Shown here: in pieces, positions 24,684 through 36,500 of the stretch | Position numbering within the stretch: the first letter of the stretch is position 1 | Layout: each line of letters begins with the position of its first letter | DNA from: Selaginella moellendorffii | Taxonomy: Eukaryota > Plantae > Lycopodiophyta | Assembly (NCBI RefSeq): GCF_000143415.4 | Contig: NW_003314289.1 | Coordinates: 1,234,293 to 1,298,292 of the forward strand | Length of the DNA: 64,000 bases | Direction of reading: 5' to 3' | The notes under the pieces: model-generated | Told to the model about the DNA's origin: nothing | Databases searched by the model: none | What the model saw: the letters and a program-made list of their open reading frames with translations, nothing else | Made by a program: the position numbers and the translations under genes

Positions 24684-25336
24684 TCACCGGAGGTGGTGTC
24701 TGCCAAAGCTTTGTTCGTAAAGATCAAAGCTTGGTTTTTTGATTGACAAACCTGAGAGTTTCTTTGGTCGCTCTCCGGATCTTACACCGGATCGTTGGAA
24801 GGCCGAGCTTTTGATGTGCTTCGAATCGATGGCACCCGGAAAATCCTGCGCGAAAGAGAACCAAAAGAGATTTTAGAGCAGCCACAAGAAGATCACGTAG
24901 ACTTACCATAGTACTGCCCATCAACCTCCAAGACATCGATCTGGCCACACACACACAGTTTTTGGTTCTTCACTTCACTCTAGCTTGGCTCTTGAATCGC
25001 TCTTGGAAAGGAAAGAAAAGAGTTTTCTTACGGGCTCTTGGAGGCCGATCTCCGCAATGCTGTCCATGAGCGACTTCACTTTGTCGGGATCGTTTGATCG
25101 AGTCCGGAGTAGCGGCCTTCGTATTTGCTCCAGGGGAATATCAGCCACGATTGGGCCCCTGCGCTTGCCAACAAGGGAACCTAGAAAGAAATTCCGTCGC
25201 AAAATCAGCGGCCCGAAATTTCGATCAAGGACGAAAGGATCTTACCATTCTCCGATGCCTCAGTGGCGCATCGCACTCTTCCAGCGCACGGACGCAGCGG
25301 CAGCGGCGCTATAATCGTTCCCAACGCTACACGCAT
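24684..25336 (-). CDS. SRX: Sulfiredoxin, organelle-targeted, five exons
   Basis: IRRPLLRTRSNDPDKVKSLMDSI, GLQEP|IDVLEVDG.YYG|FSGCHR (catalytic motif); ends HHLR*. Confidence 0.93.
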
Positions 25337-26306
25337 TCTTGAAGAACCCTAATTAAGACAACCACAGAAATTTAGGGTTCTTGGATGGCGGCAAGAGAAG
25401 GCGATGGCGACAGGTCAGTACCTTTCTTCCACCTCGTTTTTGATCGCGTCGCCCGCATTTTCTCCTCCCTGGATGGATTAAATACCTGGAGGCGCTTGCG
25501 TAGCGCGTGCTTTCTCGTGATTTCTTGCGATTTCTTTGCTCGCTTGGCTTGGCTTTCTTGCTTGAATTTTTGTTCTTCTTTCCAGCTCGCGGCTAGTGTC
25601 GATCGAGCAATCGATGAGCAACTAGATAGAACAAGCCAAGCGGTCAGCTTTCAGCCTCTTTGTTTTTCCTTCCACTCGAGCCTAATCAATCCGACAAAAT
25701 GCGTCATAAAGGCTCTTGCAGCCGGCAACATCCGTTTTTATTCAGTAATTCTGTACAGTTTCAGCTCGACAAAAAATCTCGATCTCGATCGATCGATCGA
25801 TCACAGTGGAAAAGAATTCTTCTCGCTTTGCTTCTTGTGTTCTTGGGATACTTGGTTGTGGGTTATGTTAGAAAATAATCTCGTCAATCAATCAACCATT
25901 TCTTCTTCTCTTTCCTTTCCTTTTTGTCTTTTTTTCTTTTTTTGTTGCTTTTTTTCTTTTCTTTCTGTAGCTTTTCTTCTTTTTTCCTCACTCTGTCGTT
26001 CGCTGCGTTGATACACGCACACTTAGACTAGAGCTGAGCTCTTGTTATCTCGATTTTGCAACAGCATAGTGAAGAAAAAGGGGAAGGGAAAGTGTAGTAC
26101 CTGAATGAATGCGTGTCTGCCTGCTGTGTGTTCTTATTGCCTATCTCCTTTTTTTTTGTGCAGTTGCTCTTTCCCTTCTTGGTGGTCACCTGATTGGATC
26201 AAAGAGCTCGTTTTCGTGGAGTTGCTTGGCGTGCTTGCTATCGGATGCGTGTGTGCTACGGCTGGCTGGTATATGAGAGCTGCTGTATTGAGCTTACTTC
26301 CCTCCC

Positions 26307-27226
26307 TTACAGAGCTTGTCCCAGGCGAAGCTCCAGGTCTACATTCGGGTCGTAGTCCTGCAGCATCTTTTTGCGGTCGATTGTGGAAGCCGGACACGAC
26401 GGAGGTGGAGGAAATGCCCCAAAACGGTTCTTGCTGTCAACCTGCTGGAGTCTCGAGACCCTGGAAGAAAACAATTGGAAGTTAGAACATCGTATCAACG
26501 AGAACCAGACCAACTGGTTCCTAAGCAGGAAGGAAATCTGCAGATGTTACGGTATGAGATAAGAGATACGGGATACGAGAATACGAGATACGGGACAAGC
26601 GATGGAGAATTCGGAAGGGACGAGAATGATTACGAGCTGTTTTGCGGAGACGTGGTGGTGACGGTTGAAGTAGTGGGGACTTGGTGGCAGACACCGGGGC
26701 CGTTTGCCGGGGCTGGAACAGGATAGAGCCAGCAAAGTCCCAATGCAGGTGCTGCGGCGCTGGTAGAAGAATCACCCGGAGCACTGGCAGACGCTGGATT
26801 GTTGGTGGAGGAGCGCAAGAGGCCGAGCTGATTGGCATACGCTCTCTCGCGCCTGTGGACGTTCATGTGTCCTCCCAGAGCTTGAGCGGTGCGGAATTCC
26901 CGTGCGCAGAAGCTGCATGAGTAGGATCGAGGAGGCCACTGCTCGCTACAACTTGCAGCATCTTCGGCAAACGCTCTCACCTCCCAGGACTCATGATCCA
27001 CCGCTGCTGCTCCCGGTGCTGCTGCTCTTTGGTGGTGGCTCTTCCAAGCCATTGGCCAGCCAGCTCCAGGAGCTATAACTGGTGGTGCGTTATGCCAGGC
27101 ACCATTGCGCTGCTCGGGCTCGTGTTCTTCTCGCTTTTGCTGCTGGAGGTGGAGGTGGAGCTGGTGCTGTTGCGGATGCTGCTGCTGCTGTTGCTGGAAA
27201 GAAGGCACCACCAGGTGAGCAGCCAT
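26307..27226 (-). CDS. SUPERMAN/ZFP10-like single C2H2 zinc-finger repressor, exons 27226-26634 and 26460-26307
   Basis: [42 protein letters not shown] phase-2 GT-AG intron joins a second exon ending in the EAR motif DLELRL. Confidence 0.88.
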
Positions 27227-29103
27227 ATATTTCGCTCTCGCAATAATTTTTTTCTCCTTTTTCCTCTAGTTTAATCAACTGTTGCTGGAATTGGACAGCT
27301 TGATCACAGCAGCAGCAGCGGCAGCAGCGGTTTCAGCTCCATCCAATATAAAAGCTTCCTGCGTAGAAGAGACAATGAGCGTCCTCCAGCCCGATTCTGG
27401 TGTCTCGGGCAAAAAGGAGAAAGAGAGAGGCAGGAGGAAGAAGAAGGAGGCGTAAGTACCCGAGTACTGAGCTCCACGCTAAGGCTTTCAGCTTTCAGGT
27501 AGTTAAGCTCTCTATTCTATGGCCTCCTGTGCATGACTACAACTTCTGGGCCTTAAGCTGGCTACTGGAACTTTGTGTGCAGGTGCAGGATCCTACTGAC
27601 AGTGAGTGTGATTCACAAGGTACTTGCAAACGGGCAACAGACCACATCTTAAGTGGCTTCTCTCCGCATTCCCCTGGCACAGTATCAGAGAAAGGATGGA
27701 CTTGTGTTGTGAGGTATGTATTTGTGCGTTGTATCACACTGCACACTCTCATGCGGTCCTGCATTCCATCTCTCCTTTTCTTTTCAGGGGTTGCAGCGGA
27801 CTCCCCGCGGAAAGGAGTTGTGTGCTCACAGCTCTAATAGGGAGATGGAGACCCGACATATATATCGTGTATATATACCAAGGAGAGACTGTCACTCACA
27901 GCAGGTAACATCGCATTCACTGCTGCTCTGGAACGCGTTTTTTCCTTCCATCTCCTCTTTCTATTTTATGTTTCCACCTTGTTTTTCTCCACGGGTTTTG
28001 TTTTGCTCGATATTCCTTTCATGCTCTTGCCTCACCCTTGGCTTTTTGTTTCCTTGTGCATAGATGATATCGTTTGAAAGTAGCGGGATGCACAAGCAAT
28101 ACTAATCGCAGCAGCTATGATACTCCGGCAGGAATAGTACAGCGCCGCAGCGAGAGGTGGGGCGGAGCTTGACAGATCTTGCGTGCCAGCCACCTTCGCC
28201 AACTTGAAACTGCTGGAGCTCTCGACACGCACATTGTCAAGTGATCAGGAGGTGGATGTGGATGGACACACAGGCAGCGCAGGTAATCGATTATATGGCT
28301 TTGGGGTGTAAGCTGATATTCTCTCAGGTGACAAGAACGAGGTCGTTTCCATTTTGGGTGAGCCGGCAAGGACTTCTCGTACTATTTCTCTCCACCGGTG
28401 ATGGTGTCGTGTGGTTATCTTAGTCACTTGCTGCTTAACTTAAGTGGCTGTTGGAACAGTGCGATCGCTTCGACATTCCCAAGGGATCCAGTAGCTGTGA
28501 TAATTCGTGGACAAAGAGCAGGAGCGGTGGGCGAGATTGGAGATGGCACGCCGAGAAAACTCCAAAAGAGGTACTTTGGAGTTTCTCAAATCTTGAATGG
28601 AGTGTGAGAACTCTCTCTCTCTCTCTCTCGGACTTAACTCCACAGGCCGGCAACCGGCTGGAAGCAAGAGCAAGGCGACACCGCCCGCTGGCGAAATGCT
28701 GGCCGGAGGATCTCTCGCAAACAACAACTTGGATTTGCCCGAGTGACAAACAAGGCGAGTGTTTGCTTTGTTGCTACTTTTGCATTATAAAACAGCCTCT
28801 TGTTTCAATGCTCCACTTTGGCAGCTTCCATGGCAACAAAGACTCTGCGAAGGACTGAGTGAGGAAAACACTGGCGTGCTCGCGAATAATTTCGCGCGTA
28901 GTTTAGCATTTGGACTGCGAATCCGAGGACTAAAGGCGCATTATCTTCGTCCCAGCCTCGACGAGCAAGCTTGCGCGGCGTTTGATTGATTGTCTCTGTG
29001 GACTTTGCCCGCGAATGCGCGCGCGCCACGCGTCGCTCGGCCATACGCCACGAAGGAATGTTTAAAAGCGTCTTTGAGATAAAATCTAGGCCGCCAGCTT
29101 AGT

Positions 29104-29145
29104 GCCACGTGGCGCTGGGGATCTCATGGGCCTTGTTTAGGGTTT
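29104..29145 (+). promoter_or_regulatory. Promoter module: palindromic G-box, site-II element and telo-box
   Basis: GCCACGTGGC at 29104-29113, TGGGCC at 29127-29132 and TAGGGTTT at 29138-29145, upstream of likely 5' UTR exons of the gene at 30071. Confidence 0.55.
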
Positions 29146-30070
29146 GGACGATCGGCGAGCGAGCGAGCGAGCGAGCAGCGCCGGCGGCGGCGCGGCGGCT
29201 GGAATTCACTCAGGTGAGAGCTCAGACGATCTCCTCCAGCTTTGATTTCGTGATTCATCGGCCTGGAGCTGCAATCATGGCAATGTGGCTGTGTATTTAT
29301 TCGCATTCTTACTTCGAGCGTAATTACTCTCTCTCTCTCGCTCGCTCTCGCTACCTGTGAGTTGCCCCGCCCCGCGCCTGAGCTGCCAGATCGGTGTGAG
29401 TGAGAGTGGCGATTTTTCGTTTTTTTTTTGAATTTTTTTTTTCTTGGGTTCCCATTTTGGGTAGAGGAATGAGAATAATCTCCTGTGATCATGCCTGTTG
29501 TTCTGCTTGTTCTGCCTGTAAGGCCTGGTTTACCAGTTATTTCCATTTTTTTCTCCTCTCTGGCGAAGTCAACAAGCGAAAAGAAAAAAGAAAGAAAAAA
29601 ATGCAGAGAGAATTTCGTGTGGTTCCACTGTTCTCACAGATTGTTCTTTCCGTCAGCTCATCAGCCAGTGGCATTTACTTTGTGATGGTTTCTTCGTCTC
29701 ATTTGGAGCATTGATTCTAGAGAGCTTGTACAAGCAGCTTTCTAGCAGGGTGCCGCTTTCACTTTGAGGTGACTTCTTTGCCTTGCTTCCGAATCCCGGG
29801 TCCATCTTCGACATGATATCTGATCTCTGTTGCGTTTTTGTCAGGCCCGCCAGCTAAACTCACTGGGTGTGTGATTTTCGGCCAGATTTGGACCAGTCCC
29901 ACATGGTATTTAGAATAGTCTGGACGGTTCTTGATGTAGGCAGTGTTTGAGGAAAGCCGAGTGAGTTATTACAATCGGTAAGTGAAGCCAAAATCATCAT
30001 ACTTAAGGCTGCTCTAATGGAACTTGTGTGTACTTTCAGGATAGCGCCCTCAACCAAAGTACTGGAAGTT

Positions 30071-31384
30071 ATGGATGGTTTGCTCGCCTGGGCAGCTGAT
30101 GTTGTTGGAGGTGGTTCCGACCCGGAATCTCCTGCCGCCAATGCGTTTCTCGCTTTTACTCCGGACCAGCTCCAAGAGATTGAGAGGCTGGATAGAAGAG
30201 CTTCGGAGCTCCAGCGGAGTTTGCAGCAGCTGAGGCACCGCTTGCCTCCGGCAAACATTGCACAGGGTCTGCCTCACTTGCACGCGGAATCATTGGCTTC
30301 GCAGTCGGCACTGGCACTTGAGCTTCACGCTCACTCGGCCTCACGCATCCAGGTATTGCAGTGTCGGTGTCCGCAACGTTTGTGGTGGCTGCTCACTTTG
30401 GTGTTGCTTTCTTCCAGGCTCAGGTGAGAGAGTCGACTTTGCAATCTGACATTGCGGCTTACAAAAAGGCACTGGCTGCAACTGAGCAGCAGGCAGTTGA
30501 TCGCTCCCGTGAAGCACAGGAGCTTGAATTATCATTTCAGGTAAGTTGAAAAGAAAAAAAAAAGGTTTATTTCATGAGCTTATTTGGCTGTGATATGAAT
30601 GTAGGAGCTTGAACAGCTGGAGCAGAAGCTGAGAGAAGAGTACGATTGCCTGGAGGAAGAGTTGCGTGCGCAGCGCGATAGTATTGAAGAGCTAGAGGAG
30701 AAGGTACAGGAGGCCTCGCCTCTGGAGGAGGAAGAGGCGAGCGAGCTTCAGTCACTGAGAGCCGAACTGGTAATAAACTCGCCTCCACGATGCTATGATA
30801 GACATGCGCCATTATCGTGCAGGCAAAGTGGCAAACAAAGGCTGCAGAGTCGAGAAAGGAGCTGTCGATGGTAGAAAACGAGGCCCTGGCATGGCCTTCG
30901 TCTGGTAGTGAGTTTTGGATTACTTGGTTGTCGCGAGCTTACGGTTGTCAAGCAGCTCAGCGAGAAAAGGACTTGGAGCGGCGCTTACGATCCCTTACAG
31001 AGCAACTTACGGCCAAGCAAGTATGTGGTTTTCAAACTTGCTTCAGCTTTGCGTTCTAGTTTCTTCCTATGCCAGGCACAGGCCGAGAAGCTAACTATCG
31101 AGCGTGACAACTTGGAGGCGCGAGTAGAGCATGCAAACCAAGCACGGAAGAATCAGCTCGTGGAGAGCTTGGCTCACACGGTGAAGAGGAACAAGATCGG
31201 AGTGAAGCACTTGCTAATGGATCCATCAGAGCCTCAGAGAAAGTATCCTAGCCGGGGAGGATTGAGCAGCAGCCTTGGCGTGTTCCGGACGAGCCTCGCC
31301 TTTAAAGCGCTGGTAGTGGGGTACGTCTTCCTCCTTCATGTCATAGTTCTCGTGGTTCTTTCGAGCAAGCACATTGAAGACTGA
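30071..31384 (+). CDS. Coiled-coil tail-anchored (golgin-like) protein, about six exons
   Basis: Starts MDGLLAWAADVVG; long heptad repeats; ERRLRSLTEQLTAKQ|AQAE; C-terminal transmembrane segment LVVGYVFLLHVIVLVVL. Confidence 0.75.
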
Positions 31385-31529
31385 AGATGATAAAAGGTGG
31401 GCTTACTTTAGCAACTTGTGAGAACTATTCAAGTTCGTCGCTTTGTTGTTCTAGGTTGAGATGGCTATCAGGAGGAAGTATTATGACGATGAAGATGACG
31501 ATGAGTATTGTGAGGATGAAGATATGAAT

Positions 31530-32522
31530 ATTATGGATGCAAGCACGACGATACTCCACCACAGTACCCTTTTTTGATAATCGAATCACAGATGCCCGGG
31601 TTCAATCGATTTAAGCAGCTGGAGATGAAAACCATGGCTCTCATACTTGTTGTAAGCTTTTCACTACCTTTTTGTTTAAATTTTATTTTTTTGTCCTTCT
31701 CTAGATTATGGTTTTGTTTTTCAGTGAATCTTCTATCGATGAAAATCGCAAGTGCTTCTCTCCCGTGACTATTTTCACCAAAGACATGGTAGAAACATTG
31801 GAGCGGCGGAACAAGCGCAAATTTGGAGCTGACCGTGGAGACACTTGTCATTTGTTCATTTCATCCTAGTCTCTCTGGCAATTACTACATTTTTTTTCTG
31901 TAGGGAAGGTTAAGCTCTTCGTCACCCAAGCCACGGAAGCTCGCTGGTGTGATCTCTATCGACACTATAGACTGGAAGGAGGTACTCGATGTCGCGCGTC
32001 AGGAGATCTTTGACAACATAGAGAAAGGCTGCCAAGATCCCATCTCTCTCTTCTTTTTCTCTAATGAGTCCAAGTGGAACTATACAGTCCTCGATGTGGA
32101 AGGCATCGTCGGTACTAAATGTGGAGGAATTGACAAGTCTTCCCTGCCTGGCAAGTCTAGTTTGTTCGATAGTGCTTGAAAAGAATGATGTTTTTTTGTG
32201 CAGCTTTCAGAGCTCAATGCCAGTCGAGGAGATCAAACACGGAAGAAATCGATCGCAAAAGCTGGACGAGACAAAGAAGTTTGTCCAACTGGGAAGTATC
32301 TCTGTGGAAAGCTCTAGAAGAACAACGATGTGAGTTTTTTTTGTATATATATCTAACAGATCTTTAACTTTCGATTGATAACAGTGGTATCCTCTCCCGA
32401 GAGAGGACACCTTATGCAACTCTAGAGTTTTGTACGAGGGGCTGCTGCGAGTGATCGTTGGCGAGCACGTAAAGGAATGGAGCGTGGAGGACGTTTTACC
32501 TCCGATGAGAATTCTCAGGTAG
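31530..32522 (+). pseudogene. Diverged intron-containing paralogue of the nuclease-like gene at 9335-10828, probably degenerate
   Basis: DNIEKGCQDPISLFFFSNESKWNYTVLDVEG resembles DNLRKGHGSVIYVLVMASATWTYGILVPEG. WYPLPR...RVLYEGLLRVIVGEHVKEWSVED resembles WFRLPR...RRLFDGLLRLVIGDSVMDLTKED. Confidence 0.6.
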
Positions 32523-32836
32523 ATCATCCTCTTCTTTTTTTCCACTAAGTGAGCTTCTTCTTTTGCTTCTTTTTCGGATGCGATCAAACTGCGGGCGCAA
32601 GAGCAGCACGACAAACTCCGAGAGCTGCGAGAAATGGCTGCCGGTTTGAGCTGCTCTCGACATCTCGACGCCAGAGCTGCGCAGCCAGTTTGAAGATCAG
32701 ATGGAGTCTTTCAAGACACTCCTCCAAAAGCATTGTCTAGCATCAAAGTCACGAAGATGGAAAAAGGTGTAATGAACGGTTGAGATTTGCTACATCCACT
32801 ATATGTAAGGCTAGGGTTTTGTGGTTTTTGCAACCG

Positions 32837-33553
32837 ATGAAGGCCTTGTGCGTGGTGGAGGGCAATCGCATCGGCGACCAGAGCTGCTACAAAGAGGCGG
32901 ACTTCTCCCACGCCAAGCGCAAGCATCGCGACGGCACCTGGAGCTTCTTCGATTCCAAGGTAAAAGAGGTGGACGATGACGGTAAGACGCTGCCTCGAGA
33001 GCCTCCTTTTTTGCCTCCTCCACGCACCAGCAAGCCGGTCTTGGTGCTGGATCTAGATAACACACTTGTGTCGTGCTTGCTGGATCACCACGGCTCGGAT
33101 CCCGGCGGTAAGGTTTGCTCATACTTCGTGGCCAAGCGACCCGGAGTGGACGAGTTCTTGCACACCATGGCCAAGCATTACGAGATCGTTCTATGGACCG
33201 GCTCTCGCAAGCGCTATGCGGACGGGGTTTTGGAGGTTTTGCCCGACGTGTTCTCTCACAGGCTCTACAGGGTGGACAAGAAGCTGGCGAATTTGGGGAG
33301 GGATTTGCGAAAGGTGGTGATGGTTGACGACTGCCGGAGAGGGGGCTGCCCTGAGACGGACAATCTGATTGTCATCTCGCACTACGTCCATGATGGTCGC
33401 CATGAAGCGTGTAGCAAGCTCAAGGAGGTGGGCGAGCTTCTCGTCAAGATGGCTTTGGTGGAGGATGTGAGGGATGAGATGAGGAAACTGAGGGAGAGCA
33501 GGGTGCTGCAGAAGATTGCTGCTTGCCCTCACGCTTGCAAGGTACGCGGCTAA
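32837..33553 (+). CDS. FCP1/SCP-like (NIF, HAD superfamily) small phosphatase, intronless
   Basis: KPVLVLDLDNTLV (DxDxT), KRPGVDEFL, WTGS..YAD, FSHRLYR and LGRDLRKVVMVDD. Confidence 0.85.
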   Translation: MKALCVVEGNRIGDQSCYKEADFSHAKRKHRDGTWSFFDSKVKEVDDDGKTLPREPPFLPPPRTSKPVLVLDLDNTLVSCLLDHHGSDPGGKVCSYFVAKRPGVDEFLHTMAKHYEIVLWTGSRKRYADGVLEVLPDVFSHRLYRVDKKLANLGRDLRKVVMVDDCRRGGCPETDNLIVISHYVHDGRHEACSKLKEVGELLVKMALVEDVRDEMRKLRESRVLQKIAACPHACKVRG

Positions 33554-36500
33554 GTGCACCGTTAAAACTATATAATAAACAAAAGTCTATTCTGTTTTTT
33601 TAACTATTATACTATTTGGAAAACAAATACATGTATTCCATATTACGCATTTTAAGTTTGCACCTCAGCTGATAAGACATTTGTCCGTCCCGTTTTTTTT
33701 TTTTTTTTCACTAAAACATTAGGACTCAAGAATATTCTAGTGGGCTGACAGAAAGAAAGAGAAAGAAAAAAATTAATATATACTTCATATTGTTGATGTG
33801 TTGGTTTGCTTAAGCAAACCAAGGTCACAAATTAAAAGCGTATTATTATATTTAAAATTGCACATCATGTTTTATTCAATTTGGGAATGTTTTATTTTAC
33901 TGCTTCCATTTTGTTAAATTCATCCATAATGAACTCCAAACTAATAAAAGTGTTTGGGGTTTCTTCTTGTGCATGTAGTCTACTAATCTCTCACCTAAGC
34001 TGCTCCTTCTGTAGCAGAACTTAATTATATTTCTGTATACAGGAAATATACTATAATCTATTAGCAAATCATAGTATAATTATGTGAAATATGGCTAAAT
34101 CAATATATATTTTATTCGCTTATAAATAGATAAGTATTTTTAATATATTCATATTTCCAATTCAATAGAAAAGATTTATATTTTTATATATAAGATCTAT
34201 AAATATATGCATGTATATAATACATTAATTATAGTAATATAGCATATAAACTGAATCTATTCTTATATATAAACAAGGGTTTAAACCCTAATTAATATAC
34301 TCCTATTTGTGAATATAAAGAGCATTACAATTTGTCCTTGGGAAGGCAAAACTTTTTTCTAATGGTTTGCTTAGTGTTTAGGATTGTGTTTTTGTTTTAA
34401 TCTAATTATTTTTTCTCCAAATCTAAGATTGTAGATATTAGATTTGTTCTTCCTTTTCAATATTCATTATATTTTCTTCTTTTGCTATACCACACTATCA
34501 TTGATCAAAGAGTATATCACTTGAGGATACTAATAGTGCTTTATTAGATTTAGTGCTATGGGGCATGATTATATTCCCATCCTTAGTGTGTTGCTCTTGT
34601 TAACTTCTATAGGATGTTATTACATAGTATTTCCTAATTTTAGTATCCTACTATCTCTCATTGATTGTGACATCAATATGGATGATGGAATTTGATTTTT
34701 GGAGAATATTCAAGGATTAAGTTTATGGGAAGATGATGTTACAAACTTGAGTAGATTTTTGTTGATAAGGAATTCAATTACCTTGGAAATAGCTTTAAAG
34801 ACAAATTAAAGATTTTTGTAGGGTAAATATCAATCTTTTAATTTATCATTTAATACTTTCTTTTGCCTTCTACTTTTTTCCAATTTTTTTTTTTTCAGCC
34901 TAAGCCACTTTCTCATGTTCCTAGTGTCTTTTTCTCATTTGCAATTTTTTTTTTTAAATATTGATTATTTGTGACTCTTATGATTATCATTCTCAATTCA
35001 ATGTTAAATTGGGTGTTTTTAATCTCTTCATATTAATTTAAATGTTGAGCATGTACATGAAGCTAAGAATCTTAACTTTGTTTCATTGGTAAAATCTTTG
35101 ATTAATTCTAGTGTTAATTATTCCCCTATTCTAAATTTTATATTACTTTTATCAGAGTTTTGGGTTGAAGTTGAATATGTATCCTTAGTTATATGTGCCA
35201 CTAAGAGCCCTTTTTTTACTATTATTGTTGAGGATTTTCTATATTCCCTTGAGAGTGTGGACTTTTTTATTAATTTTCCCTTTTCAAGTTGTGTGTTGAG
35301 GTGGTGTGAATCTTTTATTTATCTTGTGATAGCTGAAATATTTTATAATAATAAATTTTTATTTTCCAAACTTTGAGCACATTTTTTTCTTTTTATTTCC
35401 CTATTTTCACCTTGATAGTTTATAAAAATTTATTTTATGATACTTTTTTTGACTTTTTCTTCTTCTACAATGTTTTTTCCTCAATTTTTTTCTCCTCTTT
35501 ATCCCATCACTTTGGGTAAAAGGGTCTAGCCCTAACAATGAAGTGAGAATGAATGAGATTGATCGATAGGAAGATGTAGAAATAGTTTATATTGATGGTT
35601 ATTCAAGTTAATGAGTCTTAAAGGATGGTTAATAGGTATGGTGTTTTATGGATTGCAATGGTTTTCAAATTTCTTTATTTTAGTTTAGAGTTATACTTTT
35701 GAGGTTAGTAACTGTCGCAAATGTGACTTCGGGTATCGAAAATTATTTGTCGGCCAATCCTTATGGACACTCTTTCCTTACTGCCACAATGGCAGGAGGT
35801 TAGTATTGCTGGATTCTTTATCAACCCCTCTTGTTCAAGTGTTAGTAAACTGGGCTTCGCATCTGTACTTGGCCGGATGAGTATAAGGAAGGAATTCCTA
35901 AGTGTCTATTTAGTTGAGCATACTCGGCCCAACTTGTTAGTTCTCTTTTGCTCTGTCTTGCACTGGCTTGACAAAAACCTTCGCGTATTGAGACTAGTCC
36001 CTCAATATCGCTAGATGATAGCTTACCATGTTTGCCAAACACCCTCGCTATCATGCCCTTTGTGTTAGTCTCATTTTGGTCCCAAATGCTATTTATGGAA
36101 AGTGTCTAGATTTGCTCATTTGGTATATCTACGAAATGTAGAGATTGGCCTGAACACAATGGTGTTCATCCCGTATCCAAATTCACATTCTAGTGCCATT
36201 CCATATTTAGTAAGTTTCGAGCTTGTCCCAGAGACTAACTCCTAATACTAAGGGAGGCTTGGGGTGAAAGCCCAAAGCGTGTGTTCCTCAGCTATGGGGG
36301 GTTTCAAATGTATAATAGGGATAATGGGTAGGTCGGGTATGGTCGACTAACCTAAGGCATAGTCTAGCTCCTACTTGCGTGCCTGTCCTTGTTCTGTGTT
36401 CGGCTTAAGTTTAAACCCAAGTTCCATTCCATACTAGCTGGTGGAGTACCCATATCCTCGTGTTAGGCCACCGATATGCTAAAATAGCGTTAGACTCTGT

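Noticed and set aside
25385-30040. Possible exon MAAREGDGDR| splicing in frame to 30040, which would nest the zinc-finger gene in a 4.6-kb intron
   Set aside because: The phase fits, but the downstream gene has its own promoter-like module at 29104-29145 and nearer splice sites, and other introns here are tiny. Unsupported without transcripts.
33600-35700. AT-rich region sharing a short aaacaa.ggtttaaacc..aattaatata motif with about 50556-50585
   Set aside because: Probably a decayed repeat, but boundaries and class could not be supported.
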